From: Gammaproteobacteria bacterium
GTDB lineage: Bacteria; Pseudomonadota; Gammaproteobacteria; Acidiferrobacterales; Sulfurifustaceae
Assembly (NCBI GenBank): GCA_029863005.1
Contig: JAOTWF010000001.1
Coordinates: 21,869 to 85,868, forward strand
DNA: 64,000 nucleotides
Direction of reading: 5' to 3'
This document shows positions 9,948 to 18,562 of the stretch, piece by piece. Position numbers and translations under genes: made by a program. The notes beneath the pieces were generated by a model. The model ran no database searches and was not told the DNA's origin. It was given only the letters and a program-made list of their open reading frames with translations. Positions within the stretch are counted from its first letter, which is position 1; the number at the start of each line of letters is the position of its first letter.

Positions 9948-10574
9948 ATGCGGAAATTCGTTGTCATCATCACCCTGCTCTACGTCGCCGCCGTGGCGGC
10001 GACGCTGGGATATCTGTCGGACTGGTTTCGCGAAGAGCTGGCGCTCGGGGAATCGGTCATCGCGACGACCCTTGCTCTCAGCGCGATTGCCGCCGTGATC
10101 GTCGCCGTCATCGCCTACTGGAAAGACAACGAATGGCTCGCCGTGGTGCTCGTCGCGATTATTCTCGGTTCCGGCTGGTACGTGGGGAAGACGCATCACA
10201 AAGCCTACGGAGAATGGTTCCCGTCGTTCGCACCCAAGGAAGTGGAATCCAGCGGCACCGCTAAGCTCAGCGCCAATGGCCAGGACATTTCCTACCGGCT
10301 GGAGCTGCACAACCCGGGCACCGTCACCCATCGCGAATATTTGGTCGTCACGCGCGGCGGAAAAGACCAGCGTATCCGCCTGCCGGTATTCGAAGAAGCA
10401 CGCAGCGGCTATGTCAGTCCCAAGAGCCCGAATGACTGGATTGTGCTGCATCCTACCGAGAATACCGATGTATTCCGCGCGGAAACTGGCCGGTTTCTGT
10501 TCGTGCGGAGATCCTTCCGGGTTAATCTGAGAACGGGGGAAGCGGCTGCTTTGGCTGTGAAATCGGAATATTAG
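9948..10574 (+). CDS. Hypothetical membrane protein (about 3 N-terminal TM helices plus soluble domain), 208 aa
   Basis: GGAGG RBS before ATG 9948; hydrophobic N-terminal segments; no family recognised. Confidence 0.7.
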   Translation: MRKFVVIITLLYVAAVAATLGYLSDWFREELALGESVIATTLALSAIAAVIVAVIAYWKDNEWLAVVLVAIILGSGWYVGKTHHKAYGEWFPSFAPKEVESSGTAKLSANGQDISYRLELHNPGTVTHREYLVVTRGGKDQRIRLPVFEEARSGYVSPKSPNDWIVLHPTENTDVFRAETGRFLFVRRSFRVNLRTGEAAALAVKSEY

Positions 10575-10576
10575 GG

Positions 10577-10634
10577 GATTAACGATCAAACTGTGTAGCG
10601 GCGAACAGTCGTCCGCACCAGTGATTTGTTATGC
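10577..10634 (-). mobile_element. Integron attC site (59-base-element type), 58 bp
   Basis: Minus strand: R'' GCATAAC, 5-bp spacer AAATC, L'' ACTGGTG, centre, L' CACAGT, 6-bp spacer TTGATC, R' GTTAATC. L''/L' pair with one extra base, as in attC sites. Confidence 0.8.
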
Positions 10635-10676
10635 AAGTTCTCTTTTTCTCCCTTGAGATTATCGGCAGCACCACTT

Positions 10677-11210
10677 TTATTTTACTTCACTTCTTCTATA
10701 GAGCTTGCCGCTCCTCGATTCGAGCATAATGCCAACATCGCCTTTCTCAAATCCAGTAACTGTCCAGCATATGCACGGCTGCTTCGTTAGCTGGCCCATA
10801 ACCATGAGCGTCATGGAAACCTGTTTGTCCTTTATTTTAAGCCCGTGTTTTTTCGCTTCCTTCATCGCGTTATCGCTGTCCATGAAATCGTCGCCTATAG
10901 AATCGGTGATGATGACGGCACTTACCTGGAGCGTTTCAACAGTCTTACTGCCCTGAAAGTCGACTGAGTAGCCTTTCTTCGTCTTGGGCGAATAGAACAT
11001 ATAACCCCACTTACTGGACGTGCCGTCCATGTCTGCCCCGAGGGTGTTGATACTGATCAATACCGCATCTGCCTGCCATTTCTTTGCCGTCTGTTTCGCC
11101 TGCGCGAGCCAGGCCTTTGCTGTGGCACCAGCCGCAAACGCTGCGGTCTGACCGAAACCAAAGGCGAGCGTGGCAACGATAAAGAAGATGGTAAGCTGCT
11201 TCGATCTCAT
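10677..11210 (-). CDS. Secreted hypothetical protein (signal peptide, PepSY-like by eye); gene-cassette cargo
   Basis: 177 aa; signal peptide ending AAFA; AAGGAGG RBS; visibly lower GC than flanks; lies between two attC sites. Confidence 0.78.
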   Translation of the reverse strand: MRSKQLTIFFIVATLAFGFGQTAAFAAGATAKAWLAQAKQTAKKWQADAVLISINTLGADMDGTSSKWGYMFYSPKTKKGYSVDFQGSKTVETLQVSAVIITDSIGDDFMDSDNAMKEAKKHGLKIKDKQVSMTLMVMGQLTKQPCICWTVTGFEKGDVGIMLESRSGKLYRRSEVK

Positions 11211-11264
11211 TGCCGTTCCTCCTTCGAGGATGCTGTTTAGACCTTGTTAAGGGTCGTAATTTGT

Positions 11265-11345
11265 GTATAACGTTTGCCATAACCGGCGAGCAAAAGCGGC
11301 GCGGTGCGCCGCTTTTGCGAATCCGCGTTGATGGCGTTGTTAGGC
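11265..11345 (-). mobile_element. Integron attC site, 81 bp
   Basis: Minus strand: R'' GCCTAAC, 5-bp spacer AACGC, L'' CAT[C]AAC, perfect 13-bp stem GCAAAAGCGGCGC/GCGCCGCTTTTGC (11290-11318), L' GTTATG, 6-bp spacer GCAAAC, R' GTTATAC. Confidence 0.85.
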
Positions 11346-11379
11346 AATTCCAACATTGCTGCCTACTGACAACGGAATA

Positions 11380-11446
11380 CTATAACATCCGCACCCAGTG
11401 GCGATGGCTCGATCGGGTACGCGTAGATTGGGGTAAAACCTTAGTT
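11380..11446 (-). mobile_element. Degenerate attC-like site, 67 bp, overlapping the terC stop codon
   Basis: Minus strand: AACTAAG (R'' with AAC changed to AAG), 5-bp spacer, ACCC[C]AAT, centre, ACTGGGT, 6-bp spacer, GTTATAG. Spacer geometry is canonical but central pairing is weak. Confidence 0.5.
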
Positions 11447-12469
11447 CTGTTTCTTTCCCCCCTCCCCTTCTTTCCCATGCTTGGCCTTGAAGGGGTAGGC
11501 ACTTCCGGTGTAAGCCGGGGCCGGGATGTACAGCGACAGCACCATGGTCGCCGCCAGCACGCATACCGTAGCCACCAGCGACCAGGCCACCGGGACATGG
11601 TAAACGTCGACCAGCAGCATCTTGCTGCCGATCAGAACCAGCACGATGGCGAGACCGTAGCTCAGCAGATGAAACCGCTCGTGCAGGCCGGCGAGAAGAA
11701 AATACATCGCGCGCAGGCCGAGAATGGCGAAGACGTTCGATGTCAGCACGATGAACGGGTCGAGCGTGATCGCGAAAATGGCCGGAATGGAATCCACGGC
11801 GAACACGACATCCACAATGCCGATCAGCAGGATCACCACGAACAGGGGCGTGGCCATCTTCACGCCATTGACGAAGGTGAAGAATTTCTCACCGTCGTAT
11901 TTCGGGGCGATGCGCATGTGCCGTCGGATCCACTTCAGCGCCGGGTTCGACTCCAGGTCAGGCTCTTGGCCTGCGGCCCACCACATCTTGACGCCGGTGA
12001 ACAACAGGAACGCGCCGAACAGGTACAGCACCCAGTGGAAGCGCGCGATCAGCCAGACACCGACCAGGATCATGAGTGCGCGCAACACCAGCGCGCCGAG
12101 AATTCCGATCATCAATACGCGCTTCTGGAATTCCGCCGGTACCGCGAAATACGTGAACACCATGAGAAACACGAAGATGTTGTCCACGGCCAAGGCCTTT
12201 TCGATGAGATAGCCGGTGAAAAATTCGAGCGCCTTGGTGTTTGCCATGGTGCGCTCCGCTTCACTGGCGCTCAGCCCACCCAGGTACCACCACAACCAGC
12301 CCAGGAACATGAAGGACACCGCGACCCAGATCAATGACCAGACGGCGGCCTGCAGCATCGATACCTTGCGGGCGCCTTGGCGATTCAGGGTGAAGAAATC
12401 AACCAGCAGCGCGATGAGAACGAACGCCACGAACAACGTCCACATCATTGGTGTACCGACACCCATCAT
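11441..12469 (-). CDS. terC: TerC/Alx family membrane protein
   Basis: GYLIEKALAVDNIFVF, DVVFAVDSIPAIFA, SNVFAILGLRAMYF motifs. Confidence 0.92.
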   Translation of the reverse strand: MMGVGTPMMWTLFVAFVLIALLVDFFTLNRQGARKVSMLQAAVWSLIWVAVSFMFLGWLWWYLGGLSASEAERTMANTKALEFFTGYLIEKALAVDNIFVFLMVFTYFAVPAEFQKRVLMIGILGALVLRALMILVGVWLIARFHWVLYLFGAFLLFTGVKMWWAAGQEPDLESNPALKWIRRHMRIAPKYDGEKFFTFVNGVKMATPLFVVILLIGIVDVVFAVDSIPAIFAITLDPFIVLTSNVFAILGLRAMYFLLAGLHERFHLLSYGLAIVLVLIGSKMLLVDVYHVPVAWSLVATVCVLAATMVLSLYIPAPAYTGSAYPFKAKHGKEGEGGKKQN

Positions 12470-12484
12470 GACATAGAAGACTGG

Positions 12485-12925
12485 CTAGCGGTGCCGAACT
12501 CTACCCTGCATCTGCTTTTCGGGCGTCAGATCATCTTCCGGGTAAGGGAAGCGGACGTGTCCGTAGCGAATCGCCAACACGGCCAGCGCCAGCACCAGTA
12601 TCGCGCCGGACACCGCGAACAACCGCCACACATCCATCTCCTTCATTTCCAGCACCATGTAGCGCGCCAGTGCCACCATGCCGATGTAAAGCGGGATGCG
12701 CACCGGCAGCTTGCCGGATTCAAAGTACAGTCCAACCATGGTCAGCACTTCCAAGTAGATGAACATCAGCAGCAGATCAGCCAAAGTCACACGGCTGGCG
12801 GCGATCATGACGTTGACCTCCTGCACGCCGGCGATTACCGTCGCCACCGCGATGACCAGCAAGCCGGCATTTTCCACCACACGCAGGGATAAACTGGCAT
12901 AGCGTTTTGGACGGCGCAGCATCAC
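12485..12925 (-). CDS. psiE: Phosphate-starvation-inducible PsiE family membrane protein
   Basis: 146 aa, about 4 TM; DLLLMFIYLEV and LPVRIPLYIG..ALAR motifs. Confidence 0.85.
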   Translation of the reverse strand: MMLRRPKRYASLSLRVVENAGLLVIAVATVIAGVQEVNVMIAASRVTLADLLLMFIYLEVLTMVGLYFESGKLPVRIPLYIGMVALARYMVLEMKEMDVWRLFAVSGAILVLALAVLAIRYGHVRFPYPEDDLTPEKQMQGRVRHR

Positions 12926-13015
12926 GATCCCTCCCCGTAATTCCCGTTCATTCCCAGACTATACCTTGCCGGTCTTGCGAACAATATTCTTGTTCCCGCG
13001 CCGATGCGTGGGCGA

Positions 13016-13735
13016 CTACATCGACCGCGCCCTGCTCTCTCTTTTCTTCCAGGCCCAATGGCACGCCCAGGCCACGGCGAAGCAGATCCATGCCGTCAGC
13101 AACACGTGCGAAAGAAAATGCGCGCCACGCGCGAGCTGTGTCAGGCCGGTCAGGACACCCAGGGATAAGCTGAAAGCCAGCGTGATACGCGCCTTCGTAA
13201 GATTGACACCGCGCAACGCGATATAAGCGGTGAGCCAGGCGAACCCGGATGCGGCATGCCCGCTCGGGGCGCAGCGACCGGAACCAGGATTCAGCGGCAC
13301 GGCATCGAAGAACCGGAAATATTCAGCGGTTCCTCCATACAGGGTCAATTCCCACGGGCAACTGTGCCCTGACAGTGTGCGCAACGATGAAACTGTGAGC
13401 GCCGCCAGTGGCGCGACCAGTAGCGTAAAACCGGCGGAGCGGTGGTACTGTTGCCACCACGGCCGTCGTCGCAGCCCCAACCAGGCAGCCAGCAGCGCAA
13501 ACCACAATGCCACGCTCAGGTACTTGAGCCCCGAATGCATGATCACCGCCCAAAAAGTCTCATCGCGCAGGGGAAAAGTTCGCGCGGCGGGATCATAGAA
13601 CACCGCCGTAAGCGCATGATCGAGTGGCGTATGGCGCGCGAGGATAAAAATTAGCACCAGACAACCCGCCAGCCACCACAGCTCGCGAAGATTTTGGGAG
13701 ACAGGAGTGGACTGGCGCACGCCGGACGACCGCAT
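13016..13735 (-). CDS. PAP2-family membrane phosphatase, 239 aa
   Basis: HSCPW, PSGHAASG, RGAHFLSH motifs; ATG 13735 overlaps the upstream stop (TGATG). Confidence 0.88.
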   Translation of the reverse strand: MRSSGVRQSTPVSQNLRELWWLAGCLVLIFILARHTPLDHALTAVFYDPAARTFPLRDETFWAVIMHSGLKYLSVALWFALLAAWLGLRRRPWWQQYHRSAGFTLLVAPLAALTVSSLRTLSGHSCPWELTLYGGTAEYFRFFDAVPLNPGSGRCAPSGHAASGFAWLTAYIALRGVNLTKARITLAFSLSLGVLTGLTQLARGAHFLSHVLLTAWICFAVAWACHWAWKKRESRARSM

Positions 13736-15693
13736 CAATAGCCCGGCGCCTTGAGCTTGTGCTGCTTGAACGCCGAAGACGCCGTCTGGTAATACGCGAT
13801 GGCTTCGTCACGCAAGGTCTCGTCTATCGGCGCAGGTGTAGATTCGAATGTCTTCGGGTCAATTTTAAAACTCTCGATTTTCCGTTTCGGCTTGAGCACG
13901 GTGAGGATGTCGCGCTTGTAGTAGCCGAGTGACTGGTAATTGCTGATGAAAGCCCGTTCCCCCATCAGTTCTTGTTCGTGAACTGGATTACCAAAAAAAT
14001 GATCGTCCCCTTCCACCCCGAGTAAGGCAAAGAGCGTCGGGGGCACGTCGATCTGGGAGATCAATCGCGAATAGTGGCCCGGCATGACGATCTTGGGACC
14101 GTAGAGAATGAGCGGGATATGGTATTTCGCCACCGGCAGCTCGGTCTTGCCGGAGACCGAAGCGCAGTGATCGGCAATGATGACGAAAAGGGTATCGCTG
14201 AACCAGGGACGATTGCGCGCCTGCTCGATGAACTGGCCGATGGCATAGTCCGTGTATTTGACCGCGCCTTCGCGCCCGCCGGGCGAGGGAATATCGATGC
14301 GCCCGTCCGGGTAGGTGTAAGGGCGGTGATTGGACGTGGTCATGATCTGCATGAAAAAAGGCTTGCCGTTTTTCTCAGTCTTGTCGAGCAGCGTCAGCGC
14401 ATTGTTGAACAACACCTCGTCGGCCACCCCCCAAACGTTCTCAAAGATCACCGATTCCTTGGGGAACTCGGTGCGATCGAAGGTGACGTAGTCATTCCCG
14501 GCGAAATACGCATTCATGTTGTCAAAATAACCGTATCCGCCGTAAACGAAATAGGTGGCGAATCCCAAATGTTCGAGCAATTCGCCAATCGTGGAGAGAT
14601 GCTCGTTGCTGGGCCGGCGCACGATGGCCTGCCCCGGGACCGGCGGCGTGCCGAGCGACAATGCCTCGAGCCCGCGTACGGTGCGCGTGCCCGAGGCCAG
14701 TACCCGGTCGAATTGAACACCGTGGCGTGCCAGCTCATCAAGCCGGGGGGTCAGGCCCTGGCGCGAGCCGTAACTGCCAAGATATTCGGCGGACAAGCTT
14801 TCCACCGTGATTAATATCACGTGACGGGGACGGCGGAGTAGAAAATCAGGGGTGGGTTCCTGTGCTTCGGGAACCTTGTCCCGATTCTTGAGCACGACCG
14901 AAAGTGGCACACGCTCGACGCCGAGGTCATACAGGATGCGGTCCGCGCGTTCTTGCGGAATCGTCGCATACCAACGCTCGTAATCGAGTTCATTGCGCCG
15001 AAAGGCCGCGGCGAAGGTAAACAGACCGTTCCCGGAAAGCTCTTCAACATAATTGTTGCCGTGGCCGTACATATGGTCGACGTTGGCGAACAGGCCACTG
15101 GCCAGCGGCAGGAGCACGGCGGCCAGCAGCATGTGGCGGCGTGCGCCACGCGCGAGGCGCACGCCGAACGCGCGCGCCAGCGGGCCGCGCAGCGCCCAGG
15201 TCAGCAGCGCGGCCAGCGCCGCCACCGCCAGCAGCAGCGGCATGACCGGATAAGACTCGCGGATGTTGCCGATCACCTCGCGGGTGTACACGAGATAATC
15301 CACCGCGATGAAATTAAAGCGAGTTTCGAACTCGATCCAGAACAGCAGCTCCGCCAGCGCATTGAACAGAAGCGCGGCCGTCACGAACCAGAATACCCCA
15401 TAGCGCACCCAGCGCTGCCAACCGGCCGGGCGCCAGCGATTTCCGAACGCGGCTTCATACAACAGAAAAGGTACCAGCAGGTAGCACAGGGCGGCGACGT
15501 CGAACCACCATCCCACGGCGAGGAAACGCGGCCAGCTGCTCAGCGGCACGCTGTCCATGCCCATATAGAGCGCCAAAATGATTCGGGTGGCGGTGAAAAT
15601 ACCCAGTGCGACCAGTACCAGGAGCGCGACGAACAACAGCAGCCCCTTCTCCGCCAACCTTGAGGGCGTCTCGTGCGGCTTTCCTGGCGTCAT
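13735..15693 (-). CDS. LTA synthase/sulfatase family membrane protein (phosphoglycerol-transferase-like)
   Basis: N-terminal TM bundle; ITVESL, SGTRT (Thr nucleophile), TTSNHRPY, IADH metal-site motifs. Confidence 0.88.
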   Translation of the reverse strand: MTPGKPHETPSRLAEKGLLLFVALLVLVALGIFTATRIILALYMGMDSVPLSSWPRFLAVGWWFDVAALCYLLVPFLLYEAAFGNRWRPAGWQRWVRYGVFWFVTAALLFNALAELLFWIEFETRFNFIAVDYLVYTREVIGNIRESYPVMPLLLAVAALAALLTWALRGPLARAFGVRLARGARRHMLLAAVLLPLASGLFANVDHMYGHGNNYVEELSGNGLFTFAAAFRRNELDYERWYATIPQERADRILYDLGVERVPLSVVLKNRDKVPEAQEPTPDFLLRRPRHVILITVESLSAEYLGSYGSRQGLTPRLDELARHGVQFDRVLASGTRTVRGLEALSLGTPPVPGQAIVRRPSNEHLSTIGELLEHLGFATYFVYGGYGYFDNMNAYFAGNDYVTFDRTEFPKESVIFENVWGVADEVLFNNALTLLDKTEKNGKPFFMQIMTTSNHRPYTYPDGRIDIPSPGGREGAVKYTDYAIGQFIEQARNRPWFSDTLFVIIADHCASVSGKTELPVAKYHIPLILYGPKIVMPGHYSRLISQIDVPPTLFALLGVEGDDHFFGNPVHEQELMGERAFISNYQSLGYYKRDILTVLKPKRKIESFKIDPKTFESTPAPIDETLRDEAIAYYQTASSAFKQHKLKAPGY

Positions 15694-15898
15694 CCTATTG
15701 TCTCCAACACAGCGGCCATCGCTGCCAAAGAGCGATCGAAAAAAAACAATTATCCATGAATGGAGGAAACACGGTATGGGAATTGGATAATACCACTCAT
15801 GAGTTCAGCAATCCGGCCACTGCGACATTCCGGTAATGGACAAGTTCCTGGAGGCTCCGCGCAACTCAACTTGCGGTAAAGCGCTACCGATTACATCG

Positions 15899-18232
15899 CT
15901 AGCGGGTCAGCCCGGCGTACAACATCGGCAACCGCTCCGGCAGGCGGCTGACGTGATCCACCACCATGTAGCCCTTGGGCCCGAAGATGCGCGAGACGTA
16001 ATCGTCGGCGTTGGGATCGAGGGTGAGACAAAAGGTGCGCACCCCGTGCGTTGCCAGCTCCTCGACGGCCTTTTTCGTATCGTGGCGCAGGTATTGCGGG
16101 TCGCGCACGTCTATGTCGGCCGGCTCGCCGTCGGTCACCAGCAGGATGAGTTTTTTCTGTTCCGGTTGCCGGCGTAGGAACGAGGCCGCGTGCCGCAACG
16201 CTCCACCCATGCGCGTGGACAGGCTGCCCTGCATGCCCGCGATCTTGGCCTTGGCCTCGTCACCGTAGTGATCCTCGAAATCCTTGAAGCGGTAGTACTC
16301 CACGTCGTGGCGGCCGTCCGAGGCGAATCCATGGATGGCGAACGGGTCGCCAACGCGATCGATGGCCCAGGACAGCAAGGACGTCGCTTCGCGCGCCAGC
16401 TGCAACACCGGCTTCTCGGAGTCGCCAAGTTTCTCGTTGGTGGATTCGGAAAGATCGAGCAGCACCAGCACCGCCAGATCGCGCACCTTGCGCTCGATGC
16501 GGATGTTAATGCGCGGGTCCGGCGTCTGGCCCAGGCGGATGTCAATCATGGCGCGGATCGCGGCGTTGAGGTCGATCTCCTCGCCGTCTTCCTGGCGCCG
16601 GAAGCGCTGCACGCCCTCGGGCTGCATGGCATCGATGATGTGGCGCAGACGCGAGGCCACCGGCTTGTGCTCGGTAAGAATGCGGTCGATGTCCTCCGGG
16701 TCGCCCTTCTTCGGGCGCTTTTCCAGAACCGTCACCCAGTTGGGACGGTGCAGCTGTACGCCGTAATCCCATTCCTGGTAGTGATACGGCTCGCTGACCG
16801 GTTCCTTGCCTTCCAGCTCGTTGATGGTGCAGCCTTCCTGGTCAAGATAGAACGGCGTGTTGAGCACCCAGATTTCCTGCGCGTCGTCACCGGCCAACTC
16901 GCAGTCGATCTCGTTGGCCATCTCGGTGACCGACACGTATTTGCGCACCTGCTTCGACGCCGGGACATACTCGGCCGCGTGCCAGGCGATCTCGTCCGAA
17001 GCCCAGAGATAGCGGTTGTCGTCGCGATAGGGAATCGCCATGGATTCGAGCACGCGCAGCGACGGGATGGCGCCGCGCTTGCCGAGCTTGTTGTACAGCG
17101 TGACGCCCAGATCCCACGATAGCCGATTGTCCTGTGGACGCTCGGCGAATTCCTCATGAAACTGCGTCACCATTTCCCGGATCAGGCTGTCGTCATCCTG
17201 ATAACTTTCGTCCAGCAACGCGTAGGCCAAACGCTCGAGCAACCCGACCATCGGATCGGTGGAACAACTGACCTCACGCACCTTGTCATGAAACTGGGAC
17301 CACATCTGCTTCATGCCCGGAAATTCCTTGACGGCCAGCGCCTCGACACGCGCGTCCTCGAACAGGCCGATGAGGAACATCTGAGCCGGATTGAGCGCTT
17401 CCATCGACAGCGGCTCGCGCGTATAGACCAGGTGCGCGGCGGCGTGCGCGGCGGTGGCGCGAAACAATTCTTTCCCCGGCAGTCCGGCGAAATCGTCGTA
17501 GGCGTCCGGCAGATGGATGACACGCGCTTCGATGAACGGCTTGTAACCCTCGCGGGTTTCATAATCGCCCGAGGTCGGGCGCATGAAGAAATCCCTTCCC
17601 CAGAAGGCGCGCAGATAAAAATTGAGCTTGCGCTGGTTGTCGATCAGCAGTGTGCCGCGCCGTTCCTTCTGGAGCATGGCCTGGCTGTCGGCGCTCTTGA
17701 GATCGAAATAGGACGTCTGCGCCTGGAAATCTCTCTGGTGTGCCTGCGCACCCCACAGCGCCCAGCGCCGCAGGCCGCCGAGTGTGAGCTTGCCAAACAA
17801 CTCGTCCAGGTGCGACAGCATCGGGCGCAGCCCGCGCGGCGCCTTGGCCGACAACTGGCGGATCAGGCCGAGATAACCGCGCAGCAACTCGGCATCACCC
17901 AATCGTTGCGCCGCGGTTGGAAGAGTATCGAACAACAGCTGGATCACCTCGCCGCTCACCATCGAGGCCAGCTTCATGGACTCGGTGACGCAATCCTTGA
18001 TCACGTCCTCGCCGACCTCTTTCACCACCGCCGGCATTTCCTGGACGTAAGTCGTGACGAGCTCGTTGCCTCGTCCGAGCTGCGACAGCCCTCGCGCGCC
18101 TTCCAGCCAGTTGTGCAGGCCCTGGGGCGACATCACGCGCGCCGCCTCGGTGAAGCTCGCCTCCAGCGTGGCACGGATGTGCGGATCGATCTCCTCGAGG
18201 GTTTCCTTGTAGTCTTTGAGGCTGACGCTCAT
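15899..18232 (-). CDS. cbbO: CbbO, vWA-domain Rubisco activase adaptor
   Basis: 777 aa; MIDAS LDLSES and VTDGEP near the C terminus; downstream of cbbQ. Confidence 0.93.
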   Translation of the reverse strand: MSVSLKDYKETLEEIDPHIRATLEASFTEAARVMSPQGLHNWLEGARGLSQLGRGNELVTTYVQEMPAVVKEVGEDVIKDCVTESMKLASMVSGEVIQLLFDTLPTAAQRLGDAELLRGYLGLIRQLSAKAPRGLRPMLSHLDELFGKLTLGGLRRWALWGAQAHQRDFQAQTSYFDLKSADSQAMLQKERRGTLLIDNQRKLNFYLRAFWGRDFFMRPTSGDYETREGYKPFIEARVIHLPDAYDDFAGLPGKELFRATAAHAAAHLVYTREPLSMEALNPAQMFLIGLFEDARVEALAVKEFPGMKQMWSQFHDKVREVSCSTDPMVGLLERLAYALLDESYQDDDSLIREMVTQFHEEFAERPQDNRLSWDLGVTLYNKLGKRGAIPSLRVLESMAIPYRDDNRYLWASDEIAWHAAEYVPASKQVRKYVSVTEMANEIDCELAGDDAQEIWVLNTPFYLDQEGCTINELEGKEPVSEPYHYQEWDYGVQLHRPNWVTVLEKRPKKGDPEDIDRILTEHKPVASRLRHIIDAMQPEGVQRFRRQEDGEEIDLNAAIRAMIDIRLGQTPDPRINIRIERKVRDLAVLVLLDLSESTNEKLGDSEKPVLQLAREATSLLSWAIDRVGDPFAIHGFASDGRHDVEYYRFKDFEDHYGDEAKAKIAGMQGSLSTRMGGALRHAASFLRRQPEQKKLILLVTDGEPADIDVRDPQYLRHDTKKAVEELATHGVRTFCLTLDPNADDYVSRIFGPKGYMVVDHVSRLPERLPMLYAGLTR

Positions 18233-18234
18233 GG

Positions 18235-18543
18235 TTAGCCTTCTTCCACGTCCATGTCCGGTGACCAGCCCTGCGCGCGCGCGCGTTGTACCGCTTCATT
18301 GTAGATGCGCTCATGGCGCGTCCTCAGCTCGGGCGGCAACTGGCTGGCCAGATGACCATACGGCTCCCAAGCGGCGTGGACCTTTTCGTACAGCTTGTCG
18401 AACTGGGGTGCGCTCCAGCCGGCGCAGGTCTCGGTCTCCGGTAGCAGCCCGAACACCCAGGCGTCACGGATGATGTGCCCGAGATCGGTCATGCCGCCAA
18501 AGAGGTCAGCGTGAATGCCGGGATAGCCAGCACCGCGGTTCAT
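18235..18543 (-). CDS. Small hypothetical protein between cbbQ and cbbO
   Basis: 102 aa; GGGAG RBS; 19 bp after the cbbQ stop and its stop is 2 bp before the cbbO ATG; acidic C terminus DMDVEEG. Confidence 0.75.
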   Translation of the reverse strand: MNRGAGYPGIHADLFGGMTDLGHIIRDAWVFGLLPETETCAGWSAPQFDKLYEKVHAAWEPYGHLASQLPPELRTRHERIYNEAVQRARAQGWSPDMDVEEG

Positions 18544-18562
18544 GGCGATATCCGCTCCCGAC

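Noticed and set aside
11290-11318. 13-bp hairpin read as a simple terC terminator
   Set aside because: It is the central stem of a full attC with R and L boxes at correct spacing, although it may also terminate transcription.
12470-13015. yybP-ykoY Mn riboswitch expected upstream of terC/alx
   Set aside because: terC follows psiE by 15 bp and no riboswitch-like sequence was recognised upstream; an Rfam scan would be decisive.
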